Virus record (IMG/VR): IMGVR_UViG_3300044513_001736 | Location: 1-27,084 of that record | DNA: 27,084 nucleotides | Source: a virus | Taxonomy: Duplodnaviria; Caudoviricetes | Direction: 5' to 3' (one strand) | Part shown: positions 16,330-25,327 of the stretch, one piece after another | Numbering within the stretch: the stretch's first letter is position 1 | How the letters are laid out: each line of letters opens with the position of its first letter | Position numbers and translations under genes: made by a program | Notes under the pieces: generated by a model | The model's database searches: none | What the model was told of the DNA's origin: nothing | What the model saw: only the letters and a program-made list of their open reading frames with translations

Positions 16330-17841
16330 ATGGCATTAGTCACTGATAAATTTAGAATTTACGCTGCCGAAAGTTTCAGAAACACTCTGCTGAACTCTAA
16401 CAGAGTGTATATGTTCATCGGTCGCGCAAAGTCATGGGGATCTCCAGATTCTCCACCCTCTAATGAGCCAATTGATAGTTTTGAATATCACAGAGACTCA
16501 TATAGAGACTCTGTAGCATTCAAGAGGATTGACATTGCTGATACAGCTTTGGTGATTCCTAGAATTGATTGGATCGATCCAGTAAATACTACTGGTGGTA
16601 CTGGTAAAGTATATTCAATGTACAAACCAGACTATTCTCCATCCAAAACGGCATCAAACGGTTCGTCTAGATTGTTTGATTCCAACTATTATGTAATGAA
16701 TAGTCAGTATAATGTATATAAGTGCCTTTATAATGGTCAATCTCCAGATTTTCCAAGAGGTCGCCCCTCTTTAGTCGAACCAACTGGAACTTCCACAACG
16801 GTTATTGAGACTGGAGATAGTCCTGGTGTATATTCCTATAGATGGAAGTACATGTATACCATTGATGCTGACAACATTCTAAAATTCGTTACTTCTGAGT
16901 TTATCCCAGTATTGACTAACACTCTTGTTCAGTCTGCTGCAAGTGAAGGATCTGTTGATACTATTGTTGTTGAAAATGCTGGAACTGGTTACAACAACGG
17001 TACTTACACAAACGTTCCCGTCCGTGGAGATTGGGAAATTAATGGTGGAACTCAAGCATTCTGTACCATTACGGTTGTTTCTGGATCTATCACCTCTGTA
17101 ATTATGACTTCTGCTGGTTCTGGATATACATTCGGAACTGTTGACGTTGCTCTTATTCCTAATATTGGAAGTGGCACCTCAGCAAGTTTGGATGTTGTTA
17201 TTCCTCCCAATGGTGGACATGGTGCAGATGCAGCGAGGGAACTTGGTTCTTATCGATTGATGTTCTCTACTAAGTTAGAGACCACAAATGCGTTTGTTGA
17301 TTTCCCTAGTGATTTGACATATAGAAGGGTTGGTCTTGTACTGAACCCATATGATTACAACACTACTAGTGTTGCAACTCAAAATACTAGATCTGCAGCA
17401 AGAGCAATCATTTTCCCACAATCGGGTGCTGGTGCTCCAACTGGAAACTTTGCTGCTGGTGATATCATCACTCAGGCAAATACAAATGCAAAAGGATTCG
17501 TTGTATCGTATAACTCAGTCACTAAGGTTCTGAAGTACGTACAAGATTCTTCTGATGGTGTATATCAAGGAAACATTATTGAGTTCTCTGGGGCAAACGA
17601 AATAACCTCAGATTCGAATATCTCTGGAACTCCAGATAGTAGCTTCGGAACTAACATCATTCCACTTTCCCAAATCACCATTGGTGTTTCGGTATATGAG
17701 TTAGGTCTCTCCTTCATTGCTGGTTACGCAAACCAGGAAATTGAAATTAACTCTGGAGAAGTCCTCTACATAGATAATAGAAATCCGATCACTAGATCGG
17801 CGGACCAAAATGAAGAGCTCAAAGTAGTAATAGAATTCTAA
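16330..17841 (+). CDS. gp8: baseplate wedge subunit gp8
   Basis: YMFIGRAKSW, VIPRIDW, YYVMNSQYNVYKCLYN, YRWKYMYTI, YRRVGLVLNP and the C-terminal SGEVLYIDNRNPITRSADQNEELKVVIEF. Confidence 0.95.
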   Translation: MALVTDKFRIYAAESFRNTLLNSNRVYMFIGRAKSWGSPDSPPSNEPIDSFEYHRDSYRDSVAFKRIDIADTALVIPRIDWIDPVNTTGGTGKVYSMYKPDYSPSKTASNGSSRLFDSNYYVMNSQYNVYKCLYNGQSPDFPRGRPSLVEPTGTSTTVIETGDSPGVYSYRWKYMYTIDADNILKFVTSEFIPVLTNTLVQSAASEGSVDTIVVENAGTGYNNGTYTNVPVRGDWEINGGTQAFCTITVVSGSITSVIMTSAGSGYTFGTVDVALIPNIGSGTSASLDVVIPPNGGHGADAARELGSYRLMFSTKLETTNAFVDFPSDLTYRRVGLVLNPYDYNTTSVATQNTRSAARAIIFPQSGAGAPTGNFAAGDIITQANTNAKGFVVSYNSVTKVLKYVQDSSDGVYQGNIIEFSGANEITSDSNISGTPDSSFGTNIIPLSQITIGVSVYELGLSFIAGYANQEIEINSGEVLYIDNRNPITRSADQNEELKVVIEF

Positions 17842-20800
17842 ATGGCACAGAATACTAACCTGAACATCGCCCCTTATTTTGACGACTTTGACTCAGATAA
17901 GGGGTTTCTAAAAGTTCTTTTTAAACCAGGGTATCCAGTTCAAGCTAGAGAACTGACTACCTTGCAGAGTATTTTGCAAAACCAGATCGACTCTTTCGGT
18001 CAGGGTGTCTATAAAGAAGGTTCGATGGTGATCCCTGGTGGCATCACATTGAATACTGAGTTGCCATCTGTTCTCATCCAAAACACATACCTCAACCTCG
18101 ATGTTGAGTTGTATCGTACTGCTCTTGATGGAAAAATTGTCAAGGGTTCCACTTCTGGTGTTCGTGCTAGAGTTAACTTCTCTATCTCTGCTGCTACTTC
18201 CGATAGAGGAAACATTACTTTCTATTTGACATATCTTCAGAAAGCAAACGATAACACAACAACAACTTTCACTAATGGTGAAGTTTTAACTTGTGAAGAA
18301 GATATTACGTATCAATCGACAACTATTTCTGCAGGAACTCCTCTTGCTCAGTTGTTAAACTCAAATTCCAACTCTGTTGGATCCACTGCCAATATTTCTG
18401 CTGGTGTATATTTTGTTCGTGGGTATTTTGTACCTGTTCTGCAACAAACACTCATTCTCGATCAATATGGCACCACACCTACGTATAAAGTAGGTCTCAA
18501 AGTAGAAGAGAGACTCATCACTGCAGACGAAGATGAAACTCTCTATGATAATGCTATTGGAAGCACCAACTTCTCTGCTCCTGGTGCAGATAGATTCAAA
18601 ATCAATCTAACTCTCGTTAAGAAGAACGTTACAGATCCCAACTCTGCTGACTTTATTGAACTTCTTAGAACCGATACTGGTAACGTAAAGAAAAAAGTTG
18701 TAAGAAGTGACCTCGGTTTCATTAACGAAGTTCTTGCAAATAGAACAAAAGAAGAGTCTGGCGACTATTACGTCAAGAAATTTACGGTTGATGTAAGAGA
18801 AAATCTTGACGATGGGTTCAACAATGGTGTTTTTGCATCTGGAACAACAACCCCAGATGGAAATGTTGCATCTGAAGAGAACGTATCGATTCAACTTTCT
18901 TCTGGCGTTGCATATATTTCTGGTTTCAGAACTGAAAGGCAATCTACTTCATATAAGGATGTAGAGAAACCAAGAACATTTGTCGGAAAAGACAGTCAAT
19001 CCATTAGTTCGTCTTTTGGAAATTATCTCGTTGTAGATAATGCATATCAGGCACCATCTTTGTATGAGACTATCGAACTCAGAGATGAAAGAAATGTTAC
19101 TCCTGGAACTGCTAGTGGAACTGTAATTGGTAAGACCAGAGTATATGGTTTCTCCTATGAGGATGGAACTAGAGATACATCTGAGACTTTGTATCGTGTT
19201 AATGTTGCTGATACCACTCTCTATACCAAGTTAACGACAAATAGCGTAACCTGGACAGCAGGAAATCTAATTACTGGTGCTACCTCTGGAGCAAAAGGTT
19301 ACATCGCTTCTGGTTCTGGTACTACAGGATACGTTTATGGTGTAACTGGAACATTTGCTCAAGCAGAAACCCTGCTGAATAGCAATGGATCAACTTTCGC
19401 AACAAGTACAGCAGCATACGCTTACAATTTCACTGATGTTAAGCAACTTGCTGGTGGTGGATTTACTGCAGATGTTCAGTTAGATGTAAAGGTTGCTCTT
19501 CCTGGTTCTGGTCCTATTCTATCGTCTGTTGCTGGTGGAAATGCGACCGTAACCGCAACTTTATCCAACTTCCTGTCTCAGTTGAGAATCAATGATATTA
19601 TCGAATTCTCAAATAATAACGCAAGTCACAAAGCAAAAGTTACTGCTATTACTGACAATTATAACTTTAATATTACTCGCCTTGGATCTACCACTCTTGC
19701 TAATGGTGCGGTTACTAGTCCTCTTGTAAGAACAAGACCAGAAATTAAAGAGACAAATCGTCGTTCTCTGCTCACTTCTATTGGTCAGTCTACAATTAAG
19801 AATACCAATAAGAACAATACCATTGCTCCTTCTGGATTCTTCAGACAAAGTTACACTGGAATCAGTGTATCCTCTGGGTCGTTCAGTTTAACTGCAGGAA
19901 CAGGATTAACGTTTAGAGACGCTACTGATGCTGATGATTTCATCGTAGTTGTAACTGCTGGTGGTGGCACAATGCCAACTGGCACAATCGTTACCTATGG
20001 TGGATCCTTAACCTTCTCTGCTGCTTCTGGATCCCAATCTTCCGTTACTGTAAGTGGTTTAGACAATGCTGTTACAGCAGTAGAAGTTATCGCTACTGTA
20101 TTCCAAAGCGATAGATCTGCAAAGGTCAAAACTACCGAAAGGATGAAGATCCTCAAGATTGATGATACCACTGGGTCCGCTATCAATGGATTGACTCAGG
20201 CTACATCTGGTTATGGTTATAGAGTAGAAGATGGTGAAATTTCTCTTGGTTGTGCTGATGTATTCAGAATCAAGGCAATTTTAGAGGCTAAGGATAATCA
20301 AGATCCAGTTATTCCTAACTTCCAATACACAAACTTGACTGGAACATTACAGATCGATGAGATCATCACTGGTGTCATTTCTGGTTCTAGAGCAAGAGTG
20401 GTTTCCACAGACAGCAACTATGTCTACTTTATTCCAGTTGGCGATGATAAATTTAGTGATGGGGAAAATATCACTGGTCCAAACTCTTCTCTGAAGATTG
20501 TAACTGGAAGTGTCAATCTTGGATCTAAGGACATCACAGACAACTATACCTTAGACAATGGTCAAAGAGATCAGTATTATGATTACTCCAGAATCGTAAG
20601 AAAGCAGGGATATACTGCACCAACTCATAGAATCTTCGTAATCTTTGATAGATTCTTGACAACTAGCGGAACTGGATTCTACACCGTTGATTCTTATCCA
20701 GATTCAGAGTATAAGGAAATTCCAAGTTACAATGGAGTTGAGCTGAGAGACGTTATTGATTTCAGACCAATTGTACCAACAAATCTCAGTGGTTCTGGTT

Positions 20801-23800
20801 CTAGAACTTCACCATTTACCTTAACTTCTGGTGGTAAGTTTGATTTCAACAATCGTGTATTTACTGGAAACCTTGTAGGACTCCCAGGTCAGAGCGACAG
20901 TACAATTATCAGCTATGAGCATTATCTTGGAAGAATCGATAAAGTATTCCTGAACAAAGACAACGTTGTTCAGATTATCAAGGGTTCTCCCTCCGAATCT
21001 CTTGCTCAACCAGAAGATATCGATGATGCGATGCTTCTGGCAACAATCACATATCAACCATATGTTTTTGATGTCGATAGAGATGTAAGTATCGTTGAAA
21101 CTAATTTCAGAAGATATACATTCAGAGACATTCAAAGACTTGATGAGAGAATCAAGAACCTTGAATATTACACTCAACTTTCTCTCCTGGAGAGTGAAAC
21201 TGCAAACATGACTGTTAGAGATACTAACGGTCTCGATAGATTCAAGAATGGTTTCATTGTAGATAACTTCGCAAGTCTCTCTACAAGTGACACATTGCAT
21301 CCAGACTACAGAGTATCTCTTGACTTCGAAAGAGGTGAACTGAGACCTGCTCACTACACAACTCAAGTTCCCCTTGTTTATTCGACTGGATCTCTGAATG
21401 TAAAACAAACTGGAGATGTTGTCACTCTTCCATTTACCGATAAACTTCTCCTTGAGCAGTCCTATGCTTCTGGTGTAGAAAACGTTAACCCATTCAACGT
21501 ATTCACATACATCGGTGATATTAAATTATACCCAGAGTCAGATAACTGGGTTGATACAAAAACACTTTCTCCACTCAAGGGACCAACACTCGAAGGTAAC
21601 TTCCTGACTACTGTTCGTGAATATAATGCGGATCAGAATGGATTCTCCCCAGTACAATGGAATGCTTGGCAGACCACCTGGACTGGAACTTCGACTTCTA
21701 CATCCGAGTCCAGAAGTGGTGGTGGTGGCAAAGGTGGTGGTAGACAAGAAATCAGAACAACTACGACTACGACCACAACTACTAGACAAACCAGAACTGG
21801 TATCCGTTTCAGAGTTACTCCTGTTATTGAACAACAATCTCTCGGTAACAGAATTGTTTCTGTTGAGCATATCAACTTCATGCGCTCAAGAAACATTGAG
21901 TTCACTGTCAAGAAACTGAAGCCTAGAACAAAGTTCTTTGCTTTCTTCGATGGTATTGCGGTAGCAACAGCAAATATCACTCCAAAAGTGATTGGTTTGA
22001 CTAAAGACAGCGCATTGGATTCTAAGACAAATAGTATTCCATTCCAGATTGGTGAAACAATTACAACCAAAGATGCAAATGGAAACTTTAGATTCAAAGC
22101 AAGAGTCGTAGCACCAAACGAGGGGTATAACATTAACCCTATTGATGGATCTGATATTTCTGCTCTCAATGACTACACTTCCAACCTTGGATTTGTTAAC
22201 ATCGATACCAAGGCACTTGCAGATCAGGCAAAAGGATCTTACTATGGATCCCCCAAAATCAACGATTATATCGTCGGTGAAACTTCTGGAGCAATTGCAA
22301 AAGTCGTAGACAAGTCTCTGATTACTGATGGATCTGGAAATCTTAGAGGTAGTTTCTTCATCTCAGATCCAAACGTAGCAGGAAACCAGAAGTTTAAGAC
22401 TGGAACTAGACTCTTCAGATTAACCGATCAAGGTGATGACACTAGAGTTTCTGGAATATCCGATTCTTCTGGTGAAGCTGAATTTACCTCTTCTGGTATT
22501 CTTCAAACTCAACAGGAAACAATTATTTCTGTTAGAAATGCAAGGATCACTTCAGAGGAAATGAGACAAGAAAGAACTCTTGTCAGTACATCTTCTAGTA
22601 CACAGACTCGATTCGTCGATCCACTTGCACAAACCTTCTTGGTTGATGAAGCTGGATTAGAGGGTGGCGTATACTTAAGCAAGGTTGATCTTTTCTTCCA
22701 AACTAAAGATAGTGAAATTCCAGTTTCTCTTGATATTAGAGTTGTTGAAAATGGAACACCCACACAAATAATCGTTCCTTTCTCTAAGGTCATTAAGGAA
22801 CCATCTGAAGTTTTTGTGTCGGATAATGCTTCTACTCCAACTACATTTACATTTGAGTCGCCAGTATACATCCCATACAGATCAGAATTCGCTCTCGTAC
22901 TAACTTCTGACTCTAACAACTATAAGACCTTTATTTCCATTCTGGGTCAGGATGCTATTGACGCTGCTCACGCTGGTGAGAAGATTTCCGAGCAACCATA
23001 CATCGGTGTACTGTTCAAGTCCCAAAACGCTTCTACTTGGACACCTTCCCAGTATGAAGATCTTATGTTCAAGATCTACAGATGTCAGTTCACTCTCCCC
23101 AACACATCTTCTCCATCTAGACTTATTTTGGAGAACGCTCAACTTGGTGAGGGTAATGGTGGATTCCTCCGTCTCCTACCAAACACTTTCCAGTTGACTT
23201 CTGGTAGCGATCAGATTAGAGTATTCCACTCGAATCATGGAATGCAATCTGCTCTCAACTACGTCAAAGTATCTAACGTTATTTCTGAAGTTGCAGATAC
23301 CGCAGTTAACATGCCAGGTGGTTTTGGAACAACATCATCTCAGTTGACTGTCGATGATGCAAGTGATTTCCATACGACCATTGGTGGATCTGCAGTAAGT
23401 TCTGCAAATCCAGGATTCGTAAGAATCTTAGGTACAAACGAAGATGGAAGTGGTGATGAGATTATTGCATATGAAGCAATCAACGGAAACGTCCTTGATG
23501 TTGTTGGTCACGGCGTAGGAACGGTAACTGGTAGAAACTGGACTAACGGTTCTGGAAGTGCAACTGGATTGGCACATACAGATAACGCTGTTGTTGAGTG
23601 TTACAACCTTGCTGGAATTCCACTCACTCTGATTAATACAACACACAGTAGTTCTACTGGTGGAATTATCAGCATCAACAGTCCACACTCTTACAACTTA
23701 CAAATCTCAGGTAAGACTTCTGGTAAGAGTATTAGTGCTGGTGGTCCAAACATCACTGTCTCCCAAAATATTCCTTGGGACGTTCTCACACCACAAATTC

Positions 23801-24507
23801 AGTCTCAAGTTCAACCAGAAACATCTCTGATTGCTCGTGTACTTGGTACAAGTGGTACTTCTTGCGGTCCATTCCCATCTGGGGTTACCGCTGAAACTTC
23901 CTTTGTTAAGGATACAACCTATACAGAAGTAACTCTTGGTGAAATCAATTACTTCACTTCAACCAAACTTGTTGCGTCGGAATTGAATGAAATTAACAAT
24001 ATGAATAGCACCAAGTCCTTCACTATGGAAATTGAAATGATATCTGAAAGAGATAATCTTTCCCCCGTCATCGACCTTGAGAAGTGTTCTATTGTCACTA
24101 CCGCTAACGTATACAATAATACAACTCCTTCAAAGACTATCGGTGGTGAGTGTGTAGCAAACTACATCACTAGACTCGCTAGACTCGATAAGAGTGCAAC
24201 TGCTCTCCGTGTAATGCTCTCTGGAAATACATTTACTCAATCTAACATTGTAGTAATGTATAAGTTAGTTCCAGTTGGTTTCGGTGGAAACGTTGATGAT
24301 CTCGACTTTGAGTTCTTCAACACTGATGGAAGACCAGATAGCGGTGCTATTCTTGCACAGAACGATCCAGGACTCTTCGAAGACTTTGAATATACCATTG
24401 ATGATGCAGCAAACTTCGATGCATTCCAAATCAAGATCTCACTGGTTGGTTACCAGCAACCATACATACCTAGGGTAAAAGATTTAAGAATTATCGCCTT
24501 AGCGTAA
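17842..24507 (+). CDS. large virion structural protein, VrlC/DUF4815-like (2221 aa)
   Basis: NLNIAPYFDDFD...KVLFKPGYPVQARELTTLQSILQNQI, APGADRFKI, RLDERIKNLEYYTQLSLLE, RFKNGFIVDNF, NVNPF, DPLAQTF, GVLFKSQNASTW and terminal PRVKDLRIIALA; this is the usual gene after gp8 in cyanomyoviruses. Confidence 0.88.
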   Translation: MAQNTNLNIAPYFDDFDSDKGFLKVLFKPGYPVQARELTTLQSILQNQIDSFGQGVYKEGSMVIPGGITLNTELPSVLIQNTYLNLDVELYRTALDGKIVKGSTSGVRARVNFSISAATSDRGNITFYLTYLQKANDNTTTTFTNGEVLTCEEDITYQSTTISAGTPLAQLLNSNSNSVGSTANISAGVYFVRGYFVPVLQQTLILDQYGTTPTYKVGLKVEERLITADEDETLYDNAIGSTNFSAPGADRFKINLTLVKKNVTDPNSADFIELLRTDTGNVKKKVVRSDLGFINEVLANRTKEESGDYYVKKFTVDVRENLDDGFNNGVFASGTTTPDGNVASEENVSIQLSSGVAYISGFRTERQSTSYKDVEKPRTFVGKDSQSISSSFGNYLVVDNAYQAPSLYETIELRDERNVTPGTASGTVIGKTRVYGFSYEDGTRDTSETLYRVNVADTTLYTKLTTNSVTWTAGNLITGATSGAKGYIASGSGTTGYVYGVTGTFAQAETLLNSNGSTFATSTAAYAYNFTDVKQLAGGGFTADVQLDVKVALPGSGPILSSVAGGNATVTATLSNFLSQLRINDIIEFSNNNASHKAKVTAITDNYNFNITRLGSTTLANGAVTSPLVRTRPEIKETNRRSLLTSIGQSTIKNTNKNNTIAPSGFFRQSYTGISVSSGSFSLTAGTGLTFRDATDADDFIVVVTAGGGTMPTGTIVTYGGSLTFSAASGSQSSVTVSGLDNAVTAVEVIATVFQSDRSAKVKTTERMKILKIDDTTGSAINGLTQATSGYGYRVEDGEISLGCADVFRIKAILEAKDNQDPVIPNFQYTNLTGTLQIDEIITGVISGSRARVVSTDSNYVYFIPVGDDKFSDGENITGPNSSLKIVTGSVNLGSKDITDNYTLDNGQRDQYYDYSRIVRKQGYTAPTHRIFVIFDRFLTTSGTGFYTVDSYPDSEYKEIPSYNGVELRDVIDFRPIVPTNLSGSGSRTSPFTLTSGGKFDFNNRVFTGNLVGLPGQSDSTIISYEHYLGRIDKVFLNKDNVVQIIKGSPSESLAQPEDIDDAMLLATITYQPYVFDVDRDVSIVETNFRRYTFRDIQRLDERIKNLEYYTQLSLLESETANMTVRDTNGLDRFKNGFIVDNFASLSTSDTLHPDYRVSLDFERGELRPAHYTTQVPLVYSTGSLNVKQTGDVVTLPFTDKLLLEQSYASGVENVNPFNVFTYIGDIKLYPESDNWVDTKTLSPLKGPTLEGNFLTTVREYNADQNGFSPVQWNAWQTTWTGTSTSTSESRSGGGGKGGGRQEIRTTTTTTTTTRQTRTGIRFRVTPVIEQQSLGNRIVSVEHINFMRSRNIEFTVKKLKPRTKFFAFFDGIAVATANITPKVIGLTKDSALDSKTNSIPFQIGETITTKDANGNFRFKARVVAPNEGYNINPIDGSDISALNDYTSNLGFVNIDTKALADQAKGSYYGSPKINDYIVGETSGAIAKVVDKSLITDGSGNLRGSFFISDPNVAGNQKFKTGTRLFRLTDQGDDTRVSGISDSSGEAEFTSSGILQTQQETIISVRNARITSEEMRQERTLVSTSSSTQTRFVDPLAQTFLVDEAGLEGGVYLSKVDLFFQTKDSEIPVSLDIRVVENGTPTQIIVPFSKVIKEPSEVFVSDNASTPTTFTFESPVYIPYRSEFALVLTSDSNNYKTFISILGQDAIDAAHAGEKISEQPYIGVLFKSQNASTWTPSQYEDLMFKIYRCQFTLPNTSSPSRLILENAQLGEGNGGFLRLLPNTFQLTSGSDQIRVFHSNHGMQSALNYVKVSNVISEVADTAVNMPGGFGTTSSQLTVDDASDFHTTIGGSAVSSANPGFVRILGTNEDGSGDEIIAYEAINGNVLDVVGHGVGTVTGRNWTNGSGSATGLAHTDNAVVECYNLAGIPLTLINTTHSSSTGGIISINSPHSYNLQISGKTSGKSISAGGPNITVSQNIPWDVLTPQIQSQVQPETSLIARVLGTSGTSCGPFPSGVTAETSFVKDTTYTEVTLGEINYFTSTKLVASELNEINNMNSTKSFTMEIEMISERDNLSPVIDLEKCSIVTTANVYNNTTPSKTIGGECVANYITRLARLDKSATALRVMLSGNTFTQSNIVVMYKLVPVGFGGNVDDLDFEFFNTDGRPDSGAILAQNDPGLFEDFEYTIDDAANFDAFQIKISLVGYQQPYIPRVKDLRIIALA

Positions 24508-24731
24508 TGGATGAAGAATATACTGATTTGATTCCTGTCGAGGGACATTCTCACCTCGGCAGGGATTCTGGTTCTAATGCAATCATCAATCTAGATCAAA
24601 CTGGATACGATGCTTATATCAAAGCAAGAGAAGAAAGAAAGAAAAAGGACAAAGACTTAGAAGATCTTAGACAAGAGGTACAGGAACTCAAAGATCTTTT
24701 AAAAGTTGTTGTTTCTCAACTGGATAAATAA
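24507..24731 (+). CDS. conserved hypothetical protein with C-terminal coiled coil (74 aa)
   Basis: TAATG coupling; VEGHSHLGRDSGSNAIIN motif followed by heptads LEDLRQEVQELKDLL. Confidence 0.85.
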   Translation: MDEEYTDLIPVEGHSHLGRDSGSNAIINLDQTGYDAYIKAREERKKKDKDLEDLRQEVQELKDLLKVVVSQLDK

Positions 24732-24745
24732 GATTGAGCTAAATA
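24723..24745 (+). promoter_or_regulatory. tandem T4-type late promoters
   Basis: GATAAATA (24723-24730) and GCTAAATA (24738-24745) upstream of ATG 24768. Confidence 0.7.
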
Positions 24746-24767
24746 CTAATAAGGAATTCTTTAGAGA

Positions 24768-25106
24768 ATGGCTTCTGCAGTATCCAATCTTTTGATCTAC
24801 CAAGGTGCCGATTTCATTACCGATTTTTCAATCGAGAATGATAACGGTACTATGTTTGACCTATCTGGATATCAGGTAGCTTGTCAGATTAAAAAACATT
24901 ACACAAGTAGCACTTCGGTTAACGTTACTGCTGCTGTACTGAACCCTCCCACTGCTGGTCAGGTTCAATTGTCTCTAGGGAATACTGCTACTGCTGCTAT
25001 GAAAGCAGGCAGATATGTTTATGACGTTGTTATTACTTCCACAACTGGTCAAAAGACAAGAGTTCTGGAAGGTACTGTAAGCGTTCTCGAAGGAGTCACA
25101 CTCTAA
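24768..25106 (+). CDS. small beta-sandwich virion adaptor (BppU N-terminal-like fibre attachment protein)
   Basis: NLLIYQGADF...DLSGYQVACQIKKHY...GQVQLSL...GRYVYDVVIT...TRVLEGTVSV pattern; 112 aa; precedes fibre genes. Confidence 0.75.
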   Translation: MASAVSNLLIYQGADFITDFSIENDNGTMFDLSGYQVACQIKKHYTSSTSVNVTAAVLNPPTAGQVQLSLGNTATAAMKAGRYVYDVVITSTTGQKTRVLEGTVSVLEGVTL

Positions 25107-25327
25107 TGGCAAGACTTAGATTTGGAGATCAATCGGTTCCAAGAGTTACTAGAGTCGCTGCTGGAGGTGGTGGAGGAAGTGTTGGTGGACTATCCGACAT
25201 CGACCTCTCAGATACTTCTCAGGGCGGTTTGAATGACGGTGCAGTCCTAGTATATGATCAAGCAAATAGCAAATTTGTTGCAACAAACGTTTTAAATAAC
25301 ATCACGATCAACGGGGGTTCGTTCTGA
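25106..25327 (+). CDS. small fibre-associated protein (73 aa)
   Basis: TAATG coupling; Gly linker, LSDIDLS...DGAVLVYD...KFV fibre-type motif, C-terminal INGGSF. Confidence 0.8.
   Translation: MARLRFGDQSVPRVTRVAAGGGGGSVGGLSDIDLSDTSQGGLNDGAVLVYDQANSKFVATNVLNNITINGGSF
25291..25298 (+). promoter_or_regulatory. possible late promoter (TTTAAATA)
   Basis: 28 nt upstream of ATG 25327; context AACGT(T)TTAAATA matches the 1279 site. Confidence 0.4.

Noticed and set aside
5058-24507. Inteins, introns or homing endonucleases in the giant ORFs
   Set aside because: The frames are uninterrupted and I saw no intein splice motifs or LAGLIDADG/HNH/GIY-YIG signatures. The insertions look like structural modules.
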